The translations under genes were made by a program, and so were the position numbers. Below are positions 13,867-25,607 of a DNA stretch of 50,008 nt, piece by piece. The notes beneath the pieces were generated by a model, which did not search any database, was not told where the DNA came from, and saw only the letters and a program-made list of their open reading frames with translations. Origin of the DNA: Catajapyx aquilonaris (lineage: Eukaryota). Position 1 is the first letter of the stretch, and each line of letters begins with the position of its first letter. Where the stretch lies: NCBI GenBank assembly GCA_000934665.2, contig KZ538743.1:1-50008 (forward strand). Reading direction: 5' to 3'.

Positions 13867-14031
13867 TCTGTCATTTTGTGAACGAGGTAGTTGCAAGGAC
13901 GAATACAGAAAGAAAAGGCCAGATTCTTACACACATGCGTCGCACGCTCTCACTTTTCCACACCTTTATAATACACACATGAATTTGCAAACTGTAGGAT
14001 GAGGAGTGCTGGTGTTGGTGAAGGGCATGGG

Positions 14032-14747
14032 TCACCCGTAAGTGGGCTTTCCGTCCGCTGAGGTGGGCGGGGGCAGCCTGACCTGCAGCTGCTGCTCCAG
14101 GGCGGCCAGCTCCAAGCCGGCCCCGTTCAAAGGTCCTGCCCCTTTGCCCAGCACCCCGACCCCTGACCCCATCCCGTTCAGCCCAAAAGTCCTGGAGTAG
14201 GCCCCGAGGAGGGCCTCGGAGGCCAAGGGCGCTCGACACAGGGCACTCATGTTCGCGTACGGGCTTCGGAGGTAGTCCGCCGGTACACCTGGCCTGTACG
14301 ACGAGCTCACTTTGGCTCCGGGGCCAAGTCCTACTGCCCCGGTGGAGTAAAAGGCCGAGCCCACCGCACTACTATCCCCACCACCACTGCTGCCCTTGCT
14401 GGCCATGTCCGCCAGGGACCAAATCCGCGGCTTGTTGGGGACAACACTGCTGGTGCTGGTGCTGTTTCCAGCCACACTGTGGTCCGTACTGGCCGCACTG
14501 TTGGCCCCGGGACCCGGCCCGGGGCTCCTGGAGCTGGTGGAGCTGGCCGGGGACGCCGACATTGTCTGCTGGTGAAGCGGGTGGAACAGGTGGTGGTGAG
14601 GTGGATGGTGGTGGTGGTGGTTGGACCCGTCATCGTCGCCTCCGACCACGTCTGGGGACGATGACGCGTCGTCGTCGTCCACGTCGTCTCCGCCTCCCAC
14701 ACGACGCTCCGCATCCTCGTCGGCAGAGTCCACTTCCCGTGCACTGC
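14032..14747 (-). CDS. mirr: Iroquois/mirror-like homeobox gene, last coding exon (exon 6): acidic tract, His tract, IRO box
   Basis: The acceptor TTGCAG ends at 14748 and its phase 1 matches the previous exon. The exon encodes the IRO box KPRIWSLADMA and ends at TGA 14034-14032. Confidence 0.88.
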
Positions 14748-16438
14748 CTGCAACATACATATGATTTTTGGCATAAATCATACCGCGCGACAGCAGCTGA
14801 CAAGATGTCTCGATGGCGCTTCTTGCTGCCAGATCCCGCCCAAGATGCTTCAACCCCAAAAGTTTTTTACCGCCGAGAAGAAAGGGGTCGGATGAAAGGG
14901 GCCGCCCCTGGGGTCTAGAGGCCCGACGGCGCCTGTCTCGGTGGCGCTGGCCCGGAGATGTCGCGGTGACGCGACGCGTCTCGGCGCGTCTTCCCTTCCC
15001 GACATCATTCCCGGCAGCAGATGCCCCGCGATTCGGGGGGCCTCCCACCATTTTGGCACCATCACCCCCTTGGAGCCCCACACACGTAGCCGGCTGTCCC
15101 GAGAAAACCCGCCCGAGCACGCAGAGGACTCTGAGCAAAGCAAGTGTCGTCGGGGCATTCTGTGGCAACCGCCTCATTCATTAGTGATTAAGCACACAAG
15201 AGGGCGTGCCTTGTCCATGATTTTGTCCGCCGCATTACAAGACACGTCATAAAATGGCTGCCCGATCGCTCTTGCAGATACCCACCTTGCAATTAATCTA
15301 ATTAGCCTCTAATACCCAGGTACAAGCGTTCCTTGCCTCCCCCCTGTTGTGTCCCACCGCCGTTGTCCCCGCCCTTGTCAAAGTAGGTCGTGGATAACTA
15401 ATGAACTAATCAATATCCTGTTTGACCGGTCCTAATGTCACCCGATCATGGAAAGGCTGCCGAGTAATATGCAAGTTCAATGGCGGCTTCCCCACCCTGC
15501 TATCAGTTTTTGGCATCGGCATACATGCCACAAACCTGGCGTCGTTGTCAAGTCTTTCAAGTTGTGTAATATTTTTTACTAAGTTTCCACGCAAATTTGG
15601 CGATGTTCCCACACGGTGTACGGTGTGCGTATTGATGAGTGCAATTACACGCTATCGAGCCCGCGGCTAAATTACAACCGTTTATAAGTGGCGAGCCTCA
15701 TATCAAGGGTCTAAATTAGACATGTGGAGCAACAATCTTGCACAAAGGTAGTCTTATCTGGCCAGATAAGCGGAGTCATAAAGCCAAGCCGCTCCTTCTC
15801 TCAATCCCTTATCTACCGAATACGAATAGTTGTGTTTACCTGCACACGTAATGGCCAGATTTTTCGGTCTGGGGAGCCATCACTCAAAAACTATCCTTTC
15901 GATTCAGGCCCGGCCCGGAGCTCCCTTTATTGGAACATTATGTAACATGGGCTTCGACATGTCGTCAGGGATACCCTCCCTCTCTCTTCTCTCTGGCAGA
16001 TAGAGTGCATATCACGATCCGAGGCTCCCCTTATGAAACTTTCATCTCCCTTCTCTATCAAGCGCTTCGGATCCACTTAGGCGCGCCCGCCAAAAGCCCC
16101 CCAGGAGCACCCTCCTTCCCTCCTCCCCCCCACCCACCCCTAGTTCTTGTTTCCATAGGAACCCCCAACCCGCCTCACTTTTGCACAAATAGCTCGTAAA
16201 CGCTTCTACAAATGCACTGGGAAAGGTGGTCGGGATTTACAATCCCACCCCCTCCACGCCAACGTCGCTCTCAGGCCAAGAGCGGCCATTGTTGGCGCCG
16301 ACTTTACGCCGCGCCGCAAACTGCCAGCGCCCCCACTATCGCGATGATAAAAGCCGAGGTAAAAGCGGTTTCCACATGACCTCGCTTCCAAAAAAGAAAC
16401 CCTCTCATTTTTTGGGAAGGCTTTTTTTTTTTTTTTTA

Positions 16439-16521
16439 NNNNNNNNNNNNNNNNNNNNNNNNNNNNNNNNNNNNNNNNNNNNNNNNNNNNNNNNNNNNNN
16501 NNNNNNNNNNNNNNNNNNNNN
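16439..16521. other. Assembly gap (83 N) in Irx intron 5, flanked by poly-T and poly-G
   Basis: Seen directly. Confidence 0.99.
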
Positions 16522-16573
16522 GGGGGGGGGGGCGAAAAGTTGCGAATTTTGGGCCAAATTTAAAAGGGCTTAC

Positions 16574-16739
16574 CGGGTGAGGTGGTGTCTCTGACGACGT
16601 CTTTGGCGTCCGCGTCACTGTCGCTCTTTTTATGCGAGTCGTCTCCAGCGTCTTCTTCATCCACCCTGTTCCTCGGTTCCCAGGTCATCTTGTTCTCCTT
16701 TTTGAGACGTCTTCTCGCATTGGCGAACCAAGTTGACAC
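16574..16739 (-). CDS. mirr: Iroquois/mirror-like gene, exon 5: homeodomain helix 3 and acidic region
   Basis: GACAG|GTG TCA ACT TGG TTC... encodes [55 protein letters not shown], with donor G|GTAAGC. EPRNRVD is the mirror-type sequence as I recall it. This exon is absent from the ORF track. Confidence 0.95.
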
Positions 16740-17009
16740 CTGTCAATCGCACAAACAATCGCGTTATGCCCTATCTAATCACACAAGAAACTAAATGAGT
16801 AGGTCATTATCAAAACCATGTACGAATCCTTCAGGTAACAGTCAGTCTTTTCACGGCCCAGGTGACCTTTTCCAATGGCAGGTGGACCCGAGGTGAAAAT
16901 GTTTCATATATTGGAAATATGAATTTAGCAACATAATGAGATAGCGTGGTTTTGATAATGACCTGGCACTGCCTGGCACGCTATGTGATTAATATGAGCA
17001 GAGACTGAC

Positions 17010-17166
17010 CTGGGTGAGGGTCATCTTGGTGATGATGGCCAACATGATCTTCTCTCCTTTGGTCGGATACGGATTCTTCTTGTGCTCGTTGAGCCATGCC
17101 TTGAGGGTACTGGTGGTCTCCCTGGTCGCGTTCTTTCGCCTGGCCCCATTGAGATCCATGCCATAC
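17010..17166 (-). CDS. mirr: Iroquois/mirror-like gene, exon 4: TALE homeodomain helices 1-2
   Basis: A pyrimidine tract precedes TTGCAG|G. The exon encodes [52 protein letters not shown], with donor CAG|GTCAGT. Confidence 0.97.
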
Positions 17167-20009
17167 CTGCAAATCGACCAAAAAAAACAACACATTACTC
17201 GCCAATGAAAAACACACCTGGCTTTTCCTGTTTGATGCCCGATGAGGCTGGTATAACACGAGTTCCCCGACGCCATAAACGAATGAAGGACAATTACAGC
17301 AGGAGACACGGGGGGTATAGTCGAGCGTGCCAGAAGCCCAAGCACGGAGGCTTCGTATATCATTCCTCCCCACCTCCCCACCCCCCTACCACCCCTCTTA
17401 TCCTGCCGCCATCTAATAAAGTTGGCCTACAATCAGTAATGAATATTTCAAGGCATACCGGGGACCCAGGTTGTGATATAACATACGCCCGGTGGGTGTA
17501 TGCACAAGTTATAAAACCCGACCTCCTTCATGCGAATTCGGCCGTTAAAAGTGACCACTTAGGTTCACCCTGCTAACCTTTACGACCAAACCGCGCTCAT
17601 GTCTCTCCACTCTCCACACTTAAGTAGGAAACATTAGCTACGTGAAATTTCACACTATGCCCTTAAATAAGTGAAAAAGATATCAGTTACATCATATTAG
17701 AAAATATTGGTTGCACTGTGTATTAGAAAATACTAGTTACCAAATAATACTGACAATATATCAGTTATATTGGCTAGAAATATTAGTTGCGTAAAATTTT
17801 TTGTACGTAATTTAGACAAATTTTTTAGTGTACGTAATATTACAAGTGGGGTTAAGTGAATAATAATTGTTGGCGACACTAGATTCTGATGTGTGAAATG
17901 GAGGAATCCGGATTGGCGTCCATGAGTGGGCGGGGCCGAATCCGGTCCGGGTGCCATGATGCTGTCAAGGCGACCGGATCGTCCAAAAAACAAATACGTG
18001 GGACACACGCGAAGCCCGGCCACTGATAATGTGCTGGTGGGGGCACCAAAAACACCCGTCTCATAATAATTAGCGTTTTAGTCCCTATGAAGTATGCAAG
18101 TGTTATCTTTTAATCGGTACAACCGAATGGGGTGCGGGAATTAGTGTGGTTGAGAGGGTGTAAATTTTATTCCCACGCCACGCTTTATAGTTTGGGTAGG
18201 GCCTTTCTCTTTGTGTGTGTATATAGTTTTTTTCGGTGGGGGAGAGAGACTTGCTTGGCTAAATGAAACAGGGCGACTTGATCGCGATATGCAAGCTTGT
18301 AACAAACGAACTTGACGCGTAAACAGAGCGGGGAAGTTGCCGTGGTAACATATTGTCAACACGTCGGATTGAATTAGGTGGAATTGTCACATGGGCTCTC
18401 GGCTACTGTACTTGCATTTTAAACAGCTCGTGTGACATGGCGGCAGGAAATTGCCTCTGCGTTGCACTATCAGGGTGCTGTGTTGTTGTTGCTGGGGGTG
18501 GGGGGGTCGGGGGTGGAAGATAGGTCACTGCGGTGTTACGCCTCGTTATCACATCAGCAGGGGCGGCGCCAGATGGAAATATTCCCACTCGGACAATTTT
18601 TGCGATTTTTTTGTTTGTTTCATTTGATGGGAGTGTGCTGGACATGCTATTTCATACCACTCCTTTTATATATAAAAATTATAAAATTTTCAGCAGGTGC
18701 GACATTTCCATCTTAAAAACCGATATTGCGCAAAATATGTACTATTAAATTTTAAGAATAAAAATATAAATCTCATATAACTTATAGAAACATCGTGCAA
18801 GCTAGGCACGTGCAGATATCACATGCTATCCCCCCCTCTTCTGCTTTTTCCCTATTGACTCATCACCGCCATCTCCCAGGTCCAATTTATGCCCCGCGCC
18901 TGTCGTCCCAAGAATATATTTTTGCCCTCCATACATTTTGCCGCGCAGTTAACGTAATTAATTAACCTCCCGCCACCTCTGATGGGATCAGCTAAAATAT
19001 GGCTGTGGGTGTTCCTCTTCCCCACTTTTTTTTCCTCTCTCTTCTCCCCCTTCCCCAAAAACTCCCAAGTTTCTTCCCTTGAGGATGAGTGAAATGAGCC
19101 ACGGGGAGGGATAAGAGGATACGTCGTTTGGATCATTTTTAGAGCAAGGTGTGAATATTTGAATTTTTTTTTTGCAAATCGGTTCTTGCAAAACACGGTT
19201 GGTTTTGGTGCCCGACTAAACCCAAACCCTTGTCAGCATCAAGATGGCGTCGGTTGACAACCCCCCCCCCCCCTTCCTTTTTCTTCCTCCCCCAAATTCT
19301 CTCTCCTTTTCTTCTCTTCAACCCCCTCAATCTCTCTTGTTGCCAGGCGACGCACCTCCTCCGTAGTTGCTATGACGACCAAGGGATGCTGCGCCCATCC
19401 CCCGAGTCCCAGAACGCCGTTGCCACGAAACGCTTGGGCTCCTCCCCGGTTAGTTATCGACGCCACCGACGCCCTTCTTTTCTATCTTAGGAGGAGGGTG
19501 GGAGAAGAAGGGAGGGAAGGGGGGGAGGGAGAGATTGCCAGCATTTTTCCACCAGCTTCCCCCAAAGAGGGGAGAAAAAAAAATAGGGAGGATGGGATTT
19601 CACGGTGTGGTCCAGACAATTGGTGCAATTTTACAAACTATGGGAAGTATGGTTAGGGATGTAGAACACTGTTGGCACCATCAATATTGACAGGGGGAGA
19701 GCAGAGAGCTAATCAGTGCGGACAACGTCATACCTGCATGTCGATTTGCAAACATGATTTTGCCAGCATAGAGAGGGGGCTTAACTGCATACCGACATAA
19801 GGTAAATTGTTTTGCATCGTGCTTGACATACATGAAACCGGACTTGTAAGAATGTTACATAATTTGATCATTATAGCAGTGAATAGGGTGCAGGATGTAC
19901 TTGAGCTGAATATTTACTGCAACTGTACAAATATTAGCTCATACTCTATTGATGGTATAGAAGTGAATAGAATTCCTGAATTTATTTCTCCTTGAAAAGT
20001 ATACCGGTA

Positions 20010-20222
20010 CAGGGTGTTCCAACTATATTAGTCCTATTATAGTTGTACTAGGAAATTTCGCTCGAAGCTGTTATATTTTTTTAAGCTTGTAGTGACCCTA
20101 TCCGTTCAAACTGCTATATTCGACCACCTGTGAGTAATGGGACACAACTAGTTACATAAAAATAACTACATCGGGCGATATCAGTGATAACTAAAAACGA
20201 CCCACGAACTTGGAACACCCTG
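20010..20222. mobile_element. Tc1/mariner-type MITE (213 bp)
   Basis: Perfect 13-bp TIRs CAGGGTGTTCCAA (20010-20022) and TTGGAACACCCTG (20210-20222). TA flanks both ends (20008-20009, 20223-20224) and the interior is AT-rich and non-coding. Confidence 0.8.
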
Positions 20223-23200
20223 TATAATATGTGCTCGTTTCTCAAAATAAGTCTAAAAATTTTCTGGTTCCCTTTCACGTCACATTGTGCTATTTGGAAT
20301 CGAGATACGGCTCCAGCAGCAGACTGACCTATACCGTGGAACATATTGGGCCATAAAAGTAGAGCATTGCACTTTTCGGTGCTATTGGCCCAAGTCACAC
20401 TGGCGGCCCAGATAACCCGTGAAAAACAGGCGACAGAGTGGACCACTCGAAGGGTCCCCCCAAATCTCGATATTGATTGACCAAATCCGACAAGGAAAAT
20501 ACGGCCCAGGGTTGGCAAGAAAGCCGTCTCCCAGAATCTGCCACGTCTGGGATGTACAAGGTGTTCGAAAAATATTTTGTAGCTTCTCATCCGTAATTAT
20601 TACAACAAAATGGTAGAGGACTTTTCCATTCAGACTTGTCATGCACATGTGACTGTCACGATAATTTTGAGCCACCCTGTGTAGACCCGATGAAGAGCGT
20701 GAAATTGGTCAAGCCGGCGTGTCAAATCAGCGTGGAAGGCGGCGCATAAGCCGGCCGGCATGCAGTTGCATCAGTTTTGCAGGCGAGAGAGAGAGGCCAA
20801 GCGTGGTGCAGTGCAAATGGCCGTCTGAAAAGCCGTCACAGGCAGTTGGGCCCTGGCTTTTTGGAGTCGCGCTCGGCTGATCCTTGCCCCCACGCAGCAG
20901 GGGAGAGCCGCGTTCAGTGTGTGTGTATACATATGTGCTCACGGGGCGTGGACGCACACACTCACACATGCACACATTGTGGCTGATCCAGCTTCCTGCA
21001 GACTTTCCGCTGCACAAATCTGCCAAATATGGTACAGGGTGACTTGGAGCCTACTTAACATTCGGCTCTCCTCCAGCACACCACTGATTCGTGACTGTCC
21101 CACATTTCCACCCATAATGCCCACGAATTTCAAGCACATGTCCTTCTTTTTTCAATTCCATCACCTCAGATCGATCCAAAGACCTGGAGACAGCAGCACC
21201 CTATGGTGCCAACCCAGCATCCCCACCTCTCTGGCGCACCGCGATGGCCGCAAAGAGGGCAACTTGGCTTCCCTTCCTGGTTTCCCCTCCCAGCACTCGA
21301 GATGACGCCACATCATCTTCTCGTTTATCTTCATTAGGGCCGCATATTCCGCGGGTCCCGCCCGTTCATTTGGCAGCTGCCTCTGCCCCTGCCCTGCCCC
21401 TGCCTGCATCACCCCCTCACCACCCCGCAACGCAGCAGCCAAACTTTTCTATTTGGGCCCAACGATCAATTTCCGGGCTTCCCGGAGCGCCACACGCCTG
21501 GAAATACAGACGCAGGACCAGAAATCTGGCACCATCAAAATATGGTGCGAAGGTTTAATTAGGATGTAATTTTTTATATAAGAAAAAATAAAACTGGTTT
21601 GAATCTCGGGAGAGAAACTGGCTTAAGCTTGAGACGAAGAGGGGGCTATATAGAATCCTTGAGTAGGATTGGCAAGTCAAATGGGGTCGATCAATGGTTT
21701 GGAGGAGGGATAAGAAAAGAGGCGATCAGGGCGGTTAGCCCGACTTGAAACCCCGGGCCTAATAAAGACGAGGAGCTGCAGCCAAGATTGGGTAAAAGGG
21801 GAAAGTCGTTGTGGGGATGAAGGTGAGCTCGCCATAAAAGGGGGAGGAGGGGAGAGGGAGGAGGGGAGAGGGGGGGCAAAGACAAACCACATCTTCCAAG
21901 CGCCATTTTAGATCCCCCCCTAGTCTCAGCATCCCCCTTTCCTTCTCCTTTTGTGGCTGCCATCTGCCGCCGATTTGTTTTCAAAGGGAAGGGGCCAAAT
22001 CGAGGTTTTACGGGCCCTCACCAATTGGACTGATGGGACAAGTGCGAGGACGAGAATCCGGAATGTCAACTCGCATGTGGAGTTTTGCAATCGGGATGTG
22101 GTCGTAGGATCCATCAAGTTGATGATAGCTTTGTGTTGAGCCTCAGCAACCACACGGCGGCCATGACGGTTTATCATAAATAGCGGCTTTTAGTAGCTGC
22201 TACTTATCAAACATGGCGGACACGCATGTGACGCCGACAAGTCGAAGAAATGCCGAGTGGGGGAAAGAAGAGAGAGAAAAAAACTTTTCTTCTTTCCACC
22301 CCAACCCCTGTGCTGCCATCCCCCAGCTCTGAAGATGTCATCCGCAGCCCACCTACGGAAACATTCGGTGTGACAAATGGCGTCGGGCTATCGGGATGTG
22401 GCGTGCGAGACTTGCTTCAGGCCTTCCAGCTTTCATTCAGCGTGTCGACAAGCGAGGAGCCAATCTTGGGAGTCATGTCCGCCTTTTTCAAATCCTCCCT
22501 TGGTCCAAATGAGGGGGAGACACTTCAGAAGAACCCCTCCTCCTCTTGAAAAATCTTCTTCTTTATCGCCTGGCCAGCTCGAGTGTCCCCTCTTTTCCAC
22601 CAACCGGAAGATATGGCCAAATCATTTCCTTACTCATATTTGGCTCTCATTATGGGCCCTTGATTTCTTCAAACAAACCACTTGTGTTCTTAGTAAACAT
22701 TTCGTCGTGACTAGATGGATGGGGCTGGGTGGATAAAAGGTCGCGTCGTGTGGGGCAGACTTGATGTGACAGATCGTGATGTACAGGCTGGTACATTGTC
22801 CTGCGCCATTCTAGTTCCAACACCGCAATTATCCCAATTTTTGAAAAATTAAAAAAAGGAGATTTCCCTGGCTGATCTCCGCATCGCAGGAAGAATCACG
22901 ATACACGTCCTGCTGCATAGACATAGCCTGGTTTAACTAACCTGCTGCCTGCATTTAATGACGCCACTAAGCGGCGCTCTTTTTATTCCAAAGGCGTGAG
23001 CTACAAAGTCGGCGGCTTATTAGTCTGGCGATTGTGAGGCTGACAACGGCAGCATTGTCCTCGACTTTTACGAGCCCTAATTATATTACCTGAGTGAACC
23101 CTGCAGAAGATTCGCAATTAAGCCAAGGGAGGTGGCAGGCGGGGGCTGGCTGCTGCGCCTATAAAACTTTTGCGACGTAACGATCCGAAATGGGCTGTTG

Positions 23201-25522
23201 ACAAGTTTGCGTTTCTAGGTTTTCGTCACATGTCCCGTAGGCGGAGTTTTTTCCTGCATCGCCGAAATATATGAATAATGTATGCTAACACGTTCTTTCC
23301 TGTCAATGCAAATGACGGTGTTTCTTTTTTCCAGCCATCGACCAGATTCGGCTCATTTTTTGAAGGGGGAAAAAAGAAATTGCAGTTGCATGTAATGAGG
23401 TGCTTTGCTGACGAGTAGGTGTGGAAGATGTCCCTTGACCATTACGTGTAAGCTGAACCCGACCGTATTTTGCTACTGTTTAAATATTTAGGGGTCATCA
23501 GGTGTGTCCCGTAATAAGTGAAAAATGCAGCTGTGTGTAGGGTAATAACTACATTAATAGTCCGCCTATATAGGTTGTTTGACGAAGAAAACATGAATGA
23601 TAGATACCGGAAGGACAGTGGGCAGCAAGTTTCCATTAGCCCCAAATGATCCGTTGGCTGATGGAGTTTTGCAAAATTTAGGTCGTGTCCAGCAGGTGGT
23701 GGCAAATCAACGAAGGCCGACACTGTCACCAAAGTACATGGTAGCTTGGTAGGCCAGCCTGTATAGATTTGTGCAATGCCTTGTAAGCTTGTAGTATTCC
23801 CATGTAAAAGGGTCGAGTCACTTTCCGGCCGTCCATTGGATGTCAAAATGCAATATTAATATGAGCTACAGAGTTGCGGCGATTGGTCAAGAGTGACCCC
23901 AGGTATAGACTCCTCTTTGTCCCGAACTGGGCCCCTTTGCAACAATGCGCGTCGGAAATGGGATGTCAGTTTTCCCTGGCTGTGGGCAAAACGGGCCCAA
24001 GAGCGCTTCAACTCGCGGATAATCACGGAATGTCATGAATGCATAAGCGGCCCTAATGACTGAGATTAGAAACGTTTTGCATGTCTACAAATAATGCAGG
24101 TTGGCTGGGGGGAAGAACACAATGTCAAACAGGGCTCCTGATTTTCTTTCCCCATAGTCTTTTGTGTCTCCATGGTTATTGACAAGGACAATGGCTCGTG
24201 CTCGATGTAAGGGCCGCCTTTTGGTGCACATGTAATGCTCCTCGCTGAAAGAATATCGCTCTGGAAATGCTAATCCTAAGTCGCCTCGATGTTGGGTCTA
24301 CCTATGCATTCAGAGTCGTCATGATTTCACTTTTGACTCGTGACTCGAGCAACATTTCTTCGATCCGATGTAATCACTGTGGTCGGTACATCGAACTTGT
24401 GTTATCAGCAGGACCCGGGACACAAGGGCCGGGTCACATTGCAAATGATACGAAAACGCTTGGCCATTGTCATCGCCAGAAATCTTTGTCCTGGTTTGTT
24501 GTGTGTCATGCAGCATGTGATCGTATACACTCTGTATTTTGTACCTCTTGTATGACTATGCTAGAATGCACCACCTGGATTTCAACGCACAGTTGCGTCA
24601 CGTATACCAAACAAACTCCAGCGATTGAGGACAAGGCGACATGACATCACTTCCGACGTGATGACACCCGCAGCAGCAGTCATCCCAGGACTTTGGCCCC
24701 TGAGAGACACAATCGCACTCGGACAACACCAGCATCTGCTGCCTTTTGCCTTCTTTCCAATCACTTTTTGTCCCCTCCCGTCTTTTGATGCTGACCCCCT
24801 GCCAAAATGCGTGTTATTACACCGGGTCCATAGTGGCCGCTGGCTCCGGATATGAAAGCCCTGGTCTCTCAGGAGACCAAAAAAAAAAATAACCGCCAAT
24901 ACCACTGGCTACTATAAAAGAGAGCAGCCGGCTGATATAACGACCCCCGCATACTGTATACATGTGTCGTCCCCAGTTCTGAAAGCAATGTTGCACCCTC
25001 GCCATTTAGTTGTGGAAACATCTCCTGAGGTGACTAATCGCTGAATGTGGGCTTGGGTCCAACGTGCAAGTGGCTTCATCCAAGTAGGCACTTCTGGTAG
25101 GAATTGGCCTCTGTTATTTGTAAACATTTCCAACCCTTCAGACCCTCCACAGAAAACCAAACTTTCCCATCCTCATTTGACAATATACCTCCCCCAAGAT
25201 AAACATCCCTCCCCTTTTATTCCTCTATCTCATTCAGTGGGCACCACCGAATCGCAGGCGAAAATCCTTCGGCTATGAGCTTCACACGGTCATTAGGGGT
25301 GGTGTGCGGCATAATCGGAGGAATTAGGCTGCTGGCGGACCCCCCATTGGCTTTTCTTTCACTGCCCTGGCAAACAGAATCGCTCTGCCAGATATATACA
25401 GCAGAGGGGTTGGATCAAGTGCAGGGGACTTGGTAATGGCCTCATATACGCCTTCGACCACTTCAATTTGTTTGCAGAGCCCTTTTTTTACGAATCTTGA
25501 ATGTCACGAGCAAAATAATATT

Positions 25523-25607
25523 GTGCCACTTGGAGCTAGACTTTTGCTTAGCAGGTGCCACATGGGGCTAGGCCTAGCGGTCACCACATGGAGCTAGGCC
25601 TAGCAGG
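25523..25607. repeat. Short degenerate direct repeats (CCACATGGRGCTAGGCCTAGC twice plus a diverged copy)
   Basis: Seen directly. Confidence 0.6.

Noticed and set aside
13750..13880. SECIS interpretation of the 3' UTR structure (UGA stop plus stem-loop)
   Set aside because: There is no correctly placed AUGA/GA quartet or apical AA motif, and Irx proteins are not known selenoproteins.
14077..14085. Possible donor CAG|GTCAGG near the end of the last exon
   Set aside because: It is a weak site, I found no convincing downstream coding exon, and the frame ends normally 16 codons later.
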